From the human T2T-CHM13v2.0 reference genome, Homo sapiens, in the NCBI RefSeq assembly GCF_009914755.1, contig NC_060935.1: a DNA stretch of 64,000 nucleotides. The stretch is one strand, 5' to 3'. The first letter of the stretch is position 1, and every line of letters begins with the position of its first letter. A model generated the notes under the pieces. The model was not told the origin of the DNA. It worked only from the letters and a program-made list of their open reading frames with translations, and made no database searches. Below, piece by piece: positions 38,531-53,180 of this stretch. The position numbers were made by a program, and so were the translations under genes.

Positions 38531-41094
38531 AAAGTGCTTCTGGTGGCCAATGGATCAGCAGGGAAGGAACCTACACGCACAGGAGAGTTCGGGAGAGCTC
38601 CAAGTGCAGTCTTCTCACAGGAGGAAGGGCCACACAGAGGGCAGCCGATGCCCGGCCCGCAGCGTTCAGGGATGAACGCCACACAAGGTCGCGCCAGCAC
38701 GGGGAAGTCCAATGCTTGCTGCTCTCCCACTCTGTCATACTCAGAGCTTCTCTCACCCTTCAGGAGGGATTTGTGTAAACAATGCATTGCACTTCAAGGA
38801 ACTGTTTACAAAATCAAGCTCTCCCAGTCCCTAAGGTTTGGCCCATTTTTGGCAGGACCACTTCCCCGTTGGGGTACAGAGAGTAAACTCAGTGCCCACG
38901 AGTTTCTAGGCAACAGCTCTATCTCCATCACCCCCAGCCTCTGGAAAGGCATTCCTCACCTCCTCCACCTGAAGGGTGAGGTCCAGGAGGGACATGGACC
39001 CTGTCTAGCTTGTCATTCTTGTTATCTCCAGAAGAATATCCCTAAACCTGGGTCATGCACTAAATAGGTGTGCAGCCAGTCCTCACTAGGTGAGCTGAAA
39101 ATAGGTATGGATATTCACAAATGATGTCCACTAAATCAGACAATTAATTCTGACTCTTGCTTCAGGTAGGTCAATTTAGGAAGATTTACAGTAAGTGGTT
39201 CCTCTCATCCTCTGAGTAAATCCCATAATAATTTCTAACTCATTGACTGATTTACTTTGTGCCTCAAGTCACAAAAGATTTGCTGGAACTTTGAAATAGT
39301 TGAGGAACTGGAGGTGAAGAGAAAAGAGAGACGAGAAAATAATAAAGCCCAGTGAAGACTAGAAATCCACATGAAAGGGCCCCACCCAGTTGCTAGAGGT
39401 CGGCGGCAAACTTGGCTCCATATGTCTCAATCGCCAAGGCAAATATTATGCAGCCAAGCAATGTGAGCCTGGGGGCCCCAAGGTGAGCCCTGCTATTTTA
39501 ATGGGTGTCTCTATGTGTATTTCTCTTAGCCATCAATTGTAATGCTTTTCTTCTTTTTCAAGGAAATGGAGGGCTTTATTGTTTTCTCACTCATCTTTTC
39601 TCTTCACTCTAAATTCCTCACTGTGAAGCCTTTTCTCATTTATGTATCTTTGGAAGGCCGAGCAAATCATTGCTGACACGAGGCACAGCGCAAACAAAGC
39701 TGTCAATAATTTCGTCATGTTTGTTTTGTCTTTTTTAAATAGCAAGTCTGATTTTCTTGCCAAAGATTAAGGCCTAACTTTTTAAACAGAATTTTTTTCA
39801 ATAAATTGATTCACTCACGTATTCTTTTGGTCATTCATTTACTGTGATTCACTGTGCAGTTACACAGTGGACCTGCCTTCTGTGGGGCGTATAAGCTGTG
39901 TAGACAGCTCTGGATGGGACAAACATGCACCCTAGGGGTGACAGAGCAGCAAGGTCCGTGGACTCTGAAAGCGGTGGCAGCATTAAGTAAGAACGGTGAG
40001 TCGCAGCTTAATTGCGAAGTGATGGCCTTGCTAAGTGGGCCCAGGTCTGAAACGGCTCAGTGCAATCTGGAAATCATGTAATTTTTCGCCTCAATGAGCA
40101 TGCAAATGTATTAGGAGGGAAAGAAAGGAGAAAGGGGTCTTGAATCAAAGACTTCTGAAAATGATAAAGAGGAACGATAAAGGGGTTTAGGTCACAGACA
40201 CAGGAGATGACACCATCCCCCTGCCCCTTGTCCAGCACAGTGAAGAGGGTAAGACCCAAGGCAGGGCAGCTGGGGCCTGGCCTCAGGAAGCAAGAGTGCC
40301 CAGGACTCAGGACTCAGTAGAGTGCTGCCCATGAAAGCCACTAGTCACCCTCCTGCTGCTCTGAGCCCTGCTCCAGGATGATGGCCCAGGGTGAAGACAA
40401 GGAGGGACAAGGGGGCATGACGGGAGGATGTAGACAAGCCCCTGCCATGAAGGAGACTCGGTGAAAGGGAAGATGAGACATCGGGAGCTGCGCATGCCCA
40501 GCTGCACCTCCCAGTCTCATCATCTCCTGGAACAAACAGGCTGCATCTCCACCTTGGGATTTTCCAGAGCCATGAGCTTCTCTAGATGCATCAGACACGT
40601 CCCAGTCAGACAGCTAGACGGGACAGTGAGCCGAAAGAACCAGTCTAAACCAGAGGGGAAGCAATACTTAAAGAATTTTCTAGAAATGTCAGAGGAGGTG
40701 CCCCACAAACATTTGTACCTTTAATTCCAGAAAGCCAGTTCATGCATAACTCCTGGAACTTGAAATGCCATCTCTGGGTCTCTACCACGACGACACGAAG
40801 GAAAATTAACATTCTCAGACCATAGGCGTCTCTAAGTGACAAGTGCACAATGCATACACCCTCCATAATCCTGTGGGATGTAGACACCCTGGATTTCAAC
40901 CTGGGAAAGAGAGGCAATGAAGGGTGGGGTCAGATGTGATGAGGATCTCTCTGCCCTTCTGGCATGGAAGACCCTAGCTCACTGTTCTACAGAAGTTAAG
41001 ACGTGGGTGACTACATACTCATCAAGAATTTAGATTATAGGAAGGGAAAAAGCAGCATATCCCCAAGAAAGAACATGTATTTTTTCTTTCACAT

Positions 41095-41380
41095 ATTCTT
41101 TAATTCCAAAGTCATCTCATTTTCATTACATTTATAAATTTAAAATGGTGAATGTTGTGCCATGTAAGACACTCACACCCACCTTAAAACTGCACTTTAA
41201 TTTCCAACTCAATTGCACATATAAATTTGAAAACTGAAGACTGGACAGATGAGAACAATTTCACAGCCTCCCTCACATAAACCGCTTTGAAAACCACAGT
41301 TGCACTTTAATTCCTTCAATTGCATGTATAAATTTTTAAAAAGTTAATGCCATACTGTAGAGAAGAGCTTTAATTGAGTG
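41095..41380. repeat. Degenerate ~90-110-bp tandem repeat, about 3 copies
   Basis: TGCACTTTAATT...TCAATTGCA..TATAAATTT at 41191-41228 and 41301-41335; weaker copy at ~41098-41145. Confidence 0.6.
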
Positions 41381-42818
41381 TTAACGAGCTGCCAGATCAG
41401 CTTCTAGCCAGCCCCATTACGCAGCGGGGAGCCTCTGAGGGGTCCCTGTGACACAGAAATAAAAGCATCTAAATAAACCACACGCACCAGCCACCTTCTC
41501 ATGCAACATGCATTAGGACTGGGCCCTAGCTTTCAGGTGCTCACCCTTGGTCCTGATCTGTTCTTTGAAAGGAAATGGAATCAGGTGCACGCAAAAGCAC
41601 ATCAGCCTCAGAGAGGAGGGTGACTCTGGGTGATTCGAGAATCTGAGACCATTCTGTTTAAGGTGACTGTGCACTGGTGCCCTTTAGAATTCTAGAAGGT
41701 AAGGGTCAGAAAGACCCTATGAAGGCTTCTAAGTGTATTGCCTTATTTTGCAAATGAAGAAACAAGAAATTATTTACAGGAGAGGTGGAATGACTTGATC
41801 AAGATCACACAGTCAGTAATCAGAAATCAATCTTGTGGTTTTTTTTTTAAATTTATAATTCACTGCCACATAGAAACACTTTTAAATTGGGGGTTTTCTT
41901 TAACTAAATAAAATACACGCATCGTTTAAAAAGACACAAAGGCCAGTGGTGTCAATAGGCAGCTCTCTGCCCTACTCACTGCTCCTTCTTGCTAATTTTC
42001 ACTTTCCAGAAGCAGCCACTCTCTGCCCTGGAAGCCCCCATTCTTGTGGTCCAAGTAGGGCTGCTGGCTTTCCAGGCCTGCTGCATGGCTGAAATCCTTG
42101 TCCACTTTCTTCCTGGAAATTTCTTTCACCTCTATCCTGTAGTTTCCGGGACCCCAGGTCTTTAGCTTCTGATATTGTTCTGGCTTCCAAATTGCTGCTG
42201 GAATACCATTCTGAACCCCAGCACTTTGTCACCACGTCTGCCACAACTGCAGAGACGTTTTTAGGCACTTCTACTTACCAGCATCCTGAACGTTGACAGG
42301 CATGGGCCTTGGGGTAGATCTCTTTGATTTCATTGTATTGAGCACTTGTTCAGTCCCTCCAACACGGAATACAACCGCCTTCAGTTCTGCAATATTTCTG
42401 AAAATATTCCTTTGGATGGTATCTTCTCTTTGTTTGACTTATCTTCTTTCTTTGTAACTCTTATTAATTGACGGATGAGCTTTCTTGATTGATTCACATA
42501 TTTTTCCTTCTGTGTCTAACCAACTGGATGTTTTGTTCTGCTTTATCAACTTTTTCTTCAAATTCTCCAGTAAATTTTAAAATTTCTTTTTTCATGTGGT
42601 CAATGGTTAAGAGCTGTTCCTTATCTTTTGCTTGTTCCCTTTCATAGCATTCTGTTCTTCTTTCAGGAATGCAATATTTCATTCTGAGACCAATCAGAGG
42701 ATTGTTTTATAAGTTTTCTTCTGTTTCCTGCATTGTCTGTATTCTCTCATTCCTTTTGTAAACTTTGGTTTGTGTTGGTCTCTGGTTTTCGTATTAGGGC
42801 TTTCATCAAGTATCAGGC

Positions 42819-43211
42819 TGTCTTGTCTGTTCTGTGCTGCTATAACAGAATACTACAGACTAGATAGTTCATAATAAACAGAAATTTATTTAGCTCTTGG
42901 TTCTGCAAGCTAGGAAATGTGAGATCATGGGGGCGGCATCTGGCAAGGGCTTTCTTGCTATATCATCCCATGAGGAAAGGCAGAAAAGGAAGACAGTGCA
43001 TGAGAGAGAGACAAAACAGAGTCAAACTCATCCTTTTATAAGGAACCCACTCCTGCAATAACAAACTCACTCCCACGATAATAGCACTAATACATTTATG
43101 AGAGCAGAGCTCTCATGACCTAGTTACTCTCATTAGACCCCATCTCCTAATACTGTTGCACTGGGGATTTTCACACACATGCCTTTTGGTGGACATATTT
43201 GAGCCGTAGCA
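42819..43211 (-). mobile_element. MSTC/MSTD-like solo LTR
   Basis: TGCTGCTATAACAGAATACTACAGACT...GAACCCACTCCTGCAATAAC...GAGCCGTAGCA. Confidence 0.88.
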
Positions 43212-43789
43212 CTGATGATGCTTGGATCTCCATTCACATTTAGGAGAAAGCCACTAAAAAGCTGATGAGAAGCTTTGTGTGCATGATCTAGATTGCATGG
43301 GGATCATCCGGGCTGTGCACACGTGTTTTGGTTCTCCTCCTTCCAGGCACATGATAGGATTCATGGCAACCAAAGTTAGTTGCAGCCATATGACTCCTTC
43401 TGACCAGTGTCATGTGAGCAGAAGGGATGTAGGTTCTCTATTACTCTGTGGTGGCAGTAGCAGACCTCCAGATGGGAACTACATCAGTTTTTGTCTTGAT
43501 GCAAAAATGACTTAGAGAAGAAAGGGACAGTTGATATGAGTGAGAAATAAACCTCTGTTACTATAAGTCACTGAGATTTTAGAATTGTTTGTCACTATAG
43601 CACAACGTATACAATACTGAAGGATAGAGAAACTCATACACAGAAGTGCCACGTCAAACATCTGAAATATGTGGCACTGGCTCCATGGTCTGGCAGTGAG
43701 CAATAAGAAAACCTACCAGGGGCTAGCACAATGGCGATTCACGTTAGGCAATGGGGAACATTTGGTTAAACTTTCACTGAAGACACCTT

Positions 43790-44112
43790 GTGTTTTGTGT
43801 AGCTATAAAGGAATAACTGAGGCTGGATAATTTGTAAAGAAAAGAGGTTTATTTGGCTCACAGTTCTGCAGCCTGTACAGGAAGCAGAGTGAGGGAAAAG
43901 CAGAGAGAGAGAGGTGGGGTACTACACTCTTTTAAACAATGAGCTCTCACATAAACTAATGGAGCAAGAACTCACTCATCACCACAGGGACGGTACCAAG
44001 CCATTCACAAGGGAGTCACTCCCATGACCCAAACACCTCCCATCAGGCCCCATCTCTAACTTTGGGGACCACATTTCGATGAGATTAGGAGGAGACAAAT
44101 ATACAAACTCTT
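43790..44112 (-). mobile_element. MSTB-like LTR
   Basis: GCTATAAAGGAATAACTGAGGCTGG...AAAAGAGGTTTATTTGGCTCACAGTTCTGCAG...CCCATGACCCAAACACCTCCCA. Confidence 0.88.
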
Positions 44113-44131
44113 ACCTTTGGAAACAAATATA

Positions 44132-44584
44132 TGTGACAGTTAATATTATGTGTCAACTTTACTAGGCCATGAGGTACCCAGATTTTTGGCTAAACATTAT
44201 TCTGGGTGTATCTGGGAAAGTGTCAACAGATGAGATGAACATCTGAATCTCTAGACTGAGTAAAGTAGATGGCCCTCCCCACTATGGGTGGCTTCATCCA
44301 ATCTGAAATAGAATCAGGTGCTGACTAAGAAAGAATTCTTTTTCTCTGCCTGGCTGGGTTTGACATTAGTCTTCTCCAGCCTTCAGACTTAAACATGGAC
44401 TGGAATTTACATCACCAGCTCTCCTGCTTCCCAGGCCTGAATTTGGGCTGGATCTGTAACTTCAGCTCTCCTGTATCTGGGCTTCTCAGCCTCCATAATT
44501 GTGTGAATCAACTCGTAAAAGTAAATAAATTAAATAAATAAATAAATGTGGTTTCTGTTCCTCTGGAGAACCCTAACTAATACA
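44132..44584 (+). mobile_element. MLT2 solo LTR
   Basis: TGTGACAGTTAATATTATGTGTCAACTT...TTCTGTTCCTCTGGAGAACCCTAACTAATACA with TG...CA ends. Confidence 0.92.
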
Positions 44585-45072
44585 AAACCCAAATAAACTT
44601 GTAGGTCTAGAAAACCAGAGTATGAGAAGTGTGCTTTTGTTCACGATAGTTGCATTTGACATAAAGCCAAATGCAAAAGATCATGATGAGCTTAGAAAAG
44701 AATTTGCAGGGATCCAAGCAGGGATGCAAAGGAATGGAGATCAATAATTTGGTTATTTTCATGGCTGGAAAAATCATCTACCTCTCAAAGCTACATAGTA
44801 ATAGAAAAAACTGAGAAAGCCCTAAGAGGAAAAAAAATTACAGGATGATTATAAATTGATCTTTAAGAATCACAAAAGTACGGCCATCATACCCAATACT
44901 GAAATTTCTAAATAGACTAAGATGTCCATTTAAAAAAACAAACAGACATGTCATCCAGAAAATTCCTTCAAATGAAAAAATGTTTCAGGGAAGAGGTAGA
45001 AGGGGTGGCTGTCCCACCAAAGCCTGATTGGGTTTTTCCAAGGTACCCATAATTAAATTAAGAGGGGAAGAG

Positions 45073-45605
45073 GCCAGCCATCCCATTACAGGGTATAGAC
45101 CCAAAGGATTATAAATCATGCTGCTACAAAGACACATGAACACGTATGTTTATTGCGGCACTATTCACAATAGCAAAGACTTGGAACCAACCCAAATGTC
45201 CAACAATGATAGACTAGATTGAAAAAATGTGACACATATACACCATGGAATACTATGCAGCCATAAAAAATGATGAGTTCATGTCCTTTGTAGGGACATG
45301 GGTGAAGCTGGAAACCATCATTCTCAGCAAACTATAGCAAGGACAAAAAACCAAACACCGCATGTTCTCACTCATAGATGGGAATTGAACAATGAGAACA
45401 CTTGGATGCAGGAAGGGGAACATCACACACCTGTTGTGGGGTAGGGGAGCGGGGAGGCATAGCGTTAGGAAATATACCTAATGTAAATGACGAGTTAATG
45501 GGTACAGCACACCAACATGGCACATGTATACGTATGTAACAAACCTGCATGTTGTGCACATGTACCCTAGAACTTAAAGGATAATACAAATACATATTTT
45601 AAAAA
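45073..45605 (+). mobile_element. L1PA 3' end, 5'-truncated
   Basis: ORF2 end plus 3' UTR; 13-bp TSD AAGAGGGGAAGAG at 45060-45072 and 45606-45618, preceded by TT (L1 EN-type site). Confidence 0.96.
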
Positions 45606-45639
45606 AAGAGGGGAAGAGTCTCAGAAGCAGAAAAGTAAA

Positions 45640-45672
45640 TGTGTGTGTGTGTATATATACATATATATATAT
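45640..45672. repeat. (TG)n(TA)n microsatellite
   Basis: Directly visible. Confidence 0.9.
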
Positions 45673-46224
45673 CAAATTTAAGAAGTTTTTCTATAGAAGA
45701 ACTGCATGTAGCTATGGGACTGACTACCATCAAATAGATAATAAGTTAATTACATTTTTGAGAGGTTCGTGTTGAAATAAACTATCCACCTGGACTGTGA
45801 TTCTTTAAAACTTAAAATGACCACTGGGCTCCCAACATCTAGGGACAGGAGGTGGGCTAGAGAGTGTGCTCAGTTCCAAAGGAAGGCGTGTTTCCCAGCG
45901 TCACCTCAGATGAGGAAAGGAGGATAATGGGAACGAGAGAACATGGGAAAAGGCGGACCAAGGGACCACAGAAAACATCAGACAAGGAAACAGGTTCAGG
46001 AAAAGGTGTCAAGGCTCAACTGAAGGACATTTTCCTCTCTTGGACCAGGGGGCCCTAAATGTGGCTGCCCTGTGAAACTCACCACTCGCTGCCGCGGGAC
46101 TCCCTTCCCGTGCCTTTCTGAACAAGAAGTTTTCCGAGTTGTTCTCTCCTTCTTTCATGATCGTGTATTAGGGATGTGGAGGGAGGAAATCACTTGCCTA
46201 TTTTGTTAGTTGGCTTTTTGCTTC

Positions 46225-47023
46225 TGTGTGTGTGTGTATGTGGGGGTGTGTGTGTGTATGTGGGTGTGTGTGTATGTGGGTGTGTGTATGTGGGGACATG
46301 TGGGGGGTGTGGGTGAGTGTGAGGGTGTGTGTATGTGGGTGTGTGTGGGTGTGTGTATGTGGGTGCATGTGGGTGTGGGTGTGTATGTGGGTGTGTGTAT
46401 GTGGGGGTGTATGTATGTGGGTGTGTGTGGGTGTGTGTGGGTGTAATGTGGGTGTGGGTACGTGTGTATGTGGGTGTGTGTATATGTGGGGGGTGTATGT
46501 GGGTGTGTGGGTGTGTGTATGTGGGTGTGTGGGTGTGTATATGTGGGTGTGTGTGGGTGGGGGTGTGTGTATGGGGGTGTGTGTGGGTGGGGGTGTGTAT
46601 GTGGGTGTGTGTATGTGGGTGTGTGTGGGGTGTGTGTATGTGGGTGTGTATGTGGGTGTGCATGTGGGTATAGGTGTGTGTGTGGGTGTGTGTATGTGGG
46701 TGGGTGTGGGTGTGGGTGTGGGGGGTGTGTATGTGGGTGTTTGGGGGGTGTGTGGGTATATGTGTGTGGGTGTGTATGGGGGGGTGTGGGGGTGTGTGGG
46801 TGTGTGTATGTGGGTGTGTGGGTGTGTGTGGGTGTGTGTAGGTGTGTATATGGGTGTGTGTGGTTGTGTGTGGTTGTGGGTGTGTGTGCATGTGGGTGGG
46901 GGTGTGTGTACATGGGGGATGGGGGTGTGTGTGTGTGTATGTGAGTGTGGGTGTGGGTGGGTGTGTACGTGTGGGGGGGCGTGTGTTTGTGTATGTGTGT
47001 GGGGGGTGTGTGTGTGGAGGGTT
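46225..47023. repeat. GT-rich degenerate minisatellite (GTGTGTATGTGGGT-like units)
   Basis: ~800 bp that is almost free of C. Confidence 0.97.
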
Positions 47024-47382
47024 TGTGTTCTTAGATCACCAGATTGCTAGCAGCCACAGGTCGACCTAAAAATTGGTATCATGTAACTCCAGAAGTTGAG
47101 TTTGATGCCAACTAGATGAGACAGTAGAGTAATCCACCTCAGGAAGAGATAAGCATACTTTGCATGTGGAAAGGAGGGTAAACAGAATATTTGGTGACCA
47201 GATGGGAAGACTGTTGTCCAAGTTCACAAATATCTCAGTTTTTCTCCTTCCAGGCACATGGTGAATTTTCACTCCCTTACCACCTTCAAAGTTAGTCATG
47301 GCCATATGACTTGCTTTGGCCAATGAGAAGTGGGTGGGAATGATATATGTCACTTCCATGGGGAACTGTAAGAATCAGTGCA

Positions 47383-48150
47383 AACACTGTTGTTGGGGAT
47401 GTAAATTAGTACAGTCATTATGGAAAACAGGATGGAGGTTCCTCAGAAAATTAAAAATAGAACTACCATATGATCCAGCAATCCCACTTCTGGGTATATA
47501 TCCAAAGGAAATGAAATCAGTGTGTCAAAGAGATATCTGCCCTCCCATGCTCATTGCAGCACTGTTCACAATTGCCAAGATAATATGGGAACAACCTGAG
47601 TGTCCATTGCATATGAATGGATAAAGACATGTGGCATATAAACACAATGGAGTATTATTTAGCCTTAAAAAAAAAGAGAGATCCTGTCATTTGTGACAAC
47701 ATGGATAAACTTGGAGGACATTATGTCAAGCAAAATAAGCCAGGCACAGAAAAACAAATACTGCATGATCTCACTCATATGTGGAATCTAAAAAAGTTGA
47801 ACTCATAGAAGCAGAGAGTAGGATGGTGGTTACCAGCGATGGGGGAGAGGGGGAAGTGGAGAGGTGTTGGTCAAAGGATACAAACTTTAGTTAGGAGGAA
47901 TAAATTCAAGAGGCCTATTGTACTGTTGGTAACTATGGATAATCACAACGTATTGTATACTTGAAAATCACCAAGAGTAGATTTTGTGTTCTCACCACAA
48001 AAAAAATAAGTTTAAGAGGGAATGGACATATTAATTAGCTATCTTCAGCCATTCCACAATGTGTATATATTTCAAAACATCATGTCGGACACCATAAATA
48101 AATGCAATTTTTATTTGGCAATTTCAACAAAATTGATAAGTAAATTCAAA
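47383..48150 (+). mobile_element. L1MA (about MA4-MA6) 3' end inside the MLT1 3' LTR
   Basis: ORF2 remnant [42 protein letters not shown], followed by an L1MA 3' UTR. Confidence 0.93.
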
Positions 48151-48844
48151 AGTTGCTTAGGCAATTACTGTGCAATCCATCACACACTATTTCCTTCTGC
48201 CATGATGCTGGCCTATGTGCCTGATAATGACTGCTCCATTCACTTAAGCCTCTGGATGAGGAATACTTGGAGCAGAAGTCCGGCAAACCAGTGATGGCAG
48301 GCAGCTCGAATGAGAAATAAATGTTCTTTGGTGCAAGTCAGGACCATTGATGGCTTGTTTGTTACTGTAGCATAGCCTAGCCCATGCTGCCTGCTAAGCT
48401 TATCAATGGTGGGCTTCACCACAGATTGGAAAACCAGTGGATTTAATTTTGGTTGGGCTATGCTCAGTATCTAAAAATCTTTTTTTAAATGTCAGTCTGT
48501 TTTTTCAAATAAGTGACACAACCTCCGACATGGAAGGATTGCTTGCCAGGTTTAGAGAGCAGGATAGGAAAAGACGGTTGGAAGTGTCACTCTTTCATAT
48601 ACAAACTTTCCCTTAGGCCTTCTTTATTTTCAGAACAATGGCTCTCCTCTCCTCCTCTGTGCAGATCTCCCAGTTTCTGCCGGGTAGGGGCAGAACAGTC
48701 ACACAGCTACACAGGCTTGGGGAGGCGATCTGGGGTCTAGCGCTTTCTAGCAATCAAGCTTTCTCTCTTCAGCCACAGGGGTAGCTAGTACAGCCAAATG
48801 CAAGGCCAGAGACGTTTCAGTTTGCTTTTTGCTCGCTTCATCAC

Positions 48845-48922
48845 TCACACACACACACACACGCACGCACGCACATTCACACCTACGCACACACTCACAC
48901 GCATGCACAGACAGGCACACAC
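48845..48922. repeat. (CA)n/(CGCA)n compound microsatellite
   Basis: Directly visible. Confidence 0.9.
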
Positions 48923-49652
48923 ATAAGCTTAGGTTTTAGCTCGCCTATTTTAATGCAGTTACCTGTCTTTCATCTGTTTCCTACCTCCTAATATTTATGG
49001 TCATTTCTCAAATGCTGTTCCCTCTTTTCTTAATATTTTTGTGTATTTATTGATATTTCTTTTTATTTTATCCTTTATTGTCATTTTAGTGGGCCTTGGG
49101 GGAGGAGCCAAGATAAAACCATGTGTTCACACCCCTGAGTTTAGCCAGAAATCCCCTACTTGTTACTAATTCCACTTAAAATTCATAACATTACTTGCTG
49201 CCATGAGGGAATTAGGCTTATTTATCAGTCAATTCATAAGTATTTACTGAGAAATTCACATACCATATGGAAGATACTGTCATAGGAACATGAAAAAATA
49301 GAAGCCAATTTTTTCTATTTAGTAGTCTCAGTCTCTCAGAGACAGTCTCTTTCTCTCTCTCTCATCTCTGTCTCTCTCTCTGCCCCCCACCCAAGTTCCT
49401 AAAGTGTAGCAATAATGTATCATTCATTTTTGTAGCCACAAAACAAGCTCAATAATGATTATTTAATAATCAATAAATGTGGAATATCTATAACACAGTT
49501 TCAAACTTCAAAGAACCTCAAGTTTATCTAAAGAATGGATATGTTGGTAGACACAGATAAATAACACAAGGTAGTAGATATTAAGGGAACAAATACTGAT
49601 GGCATCAAGCTGACTTTTTAAACAGTATAAGTTTTTTAATACAAAAATTCAT

Positions 49653-49951
<299 letters not shown>

Positions 49952-50301
49952 TCAGAGGCTCAGAGAAATTAAGCAAATTGTTTAGCATCACAAAGTGTTA
50001 TAATTAGGATTTATTTATGTATTTATACACAAACTTGATCTAAAAAGGGTTTAATCAGCCAGAGGCATAAACAGGGTGCTTGGCACTCAGGTCATGTCTT
50101 TACTCTTACACAGAATTACTCAAGATTAGCCTTGACTAAGGAGCTTTACAAAAGCTTTAGAGAGGAGGCGGGGTCTTAACAGGAGCCTGAGTGATCAAGA
50201 GGATGCATCACTACCCACAAAACAAGCTCTCAATATTAAGTAATTCCGAGAAAGAGTGTGAGCATTCATAGGACTGGAGTCATTCTGCCCACCAACCCCC
50301 T

Positions 50302-50699
50302 CGTCTTAGTGCACTTTGTGCCACTATAACAGAATACCACAGACTGGGTAATTTATAAAAAGTACTTTTGTAAAAAACTGTTTCTACAAAACAGTTCGGG
50401 AGGCTGGGAAGTCCAAGATCAAAGCACTGACATCTGTGAGGACCTTCTCACTGTGTCATAATACGGTGGAAGGCATCATGTGGGAGAGAGAGAGTGGGAG
50501 GGGGGTGGGGGATGAACTCACATTTTTGTTACGAACCCACTACGCTGATAACAAACCCACTCCCTCAATAATGGCATTAATCCATTCATGAGAGCAGAGC
50601 CCTCATGACCTAATCACCCCTTAAATTCTCCCAATATTGTTTCACTGAGGATCAATTTTCCAACACATAAACTTTAGTGGACACATTCAAACCATAGCA
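50302..50699 (-). mobile_element. MSTC-like LTR
   Basis: CTATAACAGAATACCACAGACTGGGTAATTTATA...GGACACATTCAAACCATAGCA. Confidence 0.9.
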
Positions 50700-50714
50700 T
50701 TCTGCCTCTGGCCC

Positions 50715-52300
<1,586 letters not shown>

Positions 52301-53019
52301 AAGTATAGCTGAGATAATTCCTTAGAGCCCATTGGAGAAAAGATTTGCACAGAGGCTAGCTCCTTCTAAATGCCTGTCTGCAAACTTCTCTCCTGTTAAA
52401 ATCTGGTCTGTGAACTCCCACCCAGATGGCTCCAGCCTCATGAGGACAGGACGCACCCTTTCAAACCCGCCTGAACCCCCAGATGGGAGTGGGAAGCTTG
52501 AGTCAGAAGCTGGTGAGAAGCTGAAGTGCCCGGAAATAAGAGAGTCTTCAAATCGGGTTGAAAATCCTCACTCCAATGGTCTGATTACCAAGACTTTGAT
52601 GGCTCATCTACTAGCTGTTAAGGTCCCAAGAGTTTCAGGCTTCCACTCCTAATCTGGGTTGAAATTAGCAATCAAGAGCAGATGTGTGAATCAGGCAGGA
52701 AAATCACAATCAACCTGCACAAAATGAGGAGTCCAGGGCAGGAGCAGGCAAGAATACAATTGCCCTAGCATCTCCATTTTGGTTCACACTTTTTACACTT
52801 TAATTGTTAAAGTCCCTAACCAAATGAATAGCCAAGATTTTTTGAGTCTTGAATACCCTGGTTCTCCTAAATCAATGGGTGAGATCGGATAGGTTCAGCC
52901 AGTGCAAGAAATAAAGTATGGAAGATGTGAGATAAAGCCAGTGGGAAAGGGGTAGAGGACCCTTCAGAGACAGGAGGAGACCCACACTGGCTGAAGACGT
53001 TCTCTATTCCAGACAGCAG

Positions 53020-53180
53020 TGGAAGACACTTTATAGACGTTATCCTAGTCATTCCCCATGAGAACACCTGAAGGTGGGATTCACAGAAGAGAAAACGGAG
53101 GTTTGGAATAGCTAAGTGACCAAACAAGATAATACTTGCAGCAAAACGAACATTTGACTCCAGGTGTCTCTGATTCAAAA
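53020..53180 (-). mobile_element. MIR fragment
   Basis: TCACAGAAGAGAAAACGGAGG...CTAAGTGAC...ATTTGACTCCAGG. Confidence 0.55.

Larger units (their letters stand above)
43294..48398 (+). mobile_element. MLT1I/J-like MaLR provirus: 5' LTR ~43294-43628, internal region, 3' LTR ~47212-48398
   Basis: Both LTRs share CTCCTTCCAGGCACATG (43337, 47244), CAAAGTTAGT, GCCATATGACT and TGAGAAATAAA; MaLR-internal start after the 5' LTR; purine-rich GATGGGAAGAC before the 3' LTR. Confidence 0.75.
41850..49156 (-). mobile_element. HAL1 (half-L1), near full length, split by nested insertions
   Basis: Coiled-coil ORF remnant at 42494-42682 (CYEREQAKDKEQLLTIDHMKKEILKFTGEFEEKV); HAL1-like 5' end at ~49080-49156; sequence appears continuous across 43290/48400; identified from recalled consensus. 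Confidence 0.7.

Noticed and set aside
38354-39067. 237-aa ORF
   Set aside because: Begins within an L2 remnant; no recognisable motif or exon structure
41095-41380. Repeat-spacer pattern as a CRISPR-like array
   Set aside because: Primate DNA, only 2-3 degenerate copies, irregular spacing, no cas genes
46190-47050. 233-274-aa H/T/P and C/V/G ORFs
   Set aside because: Translations of the GT minisatellite
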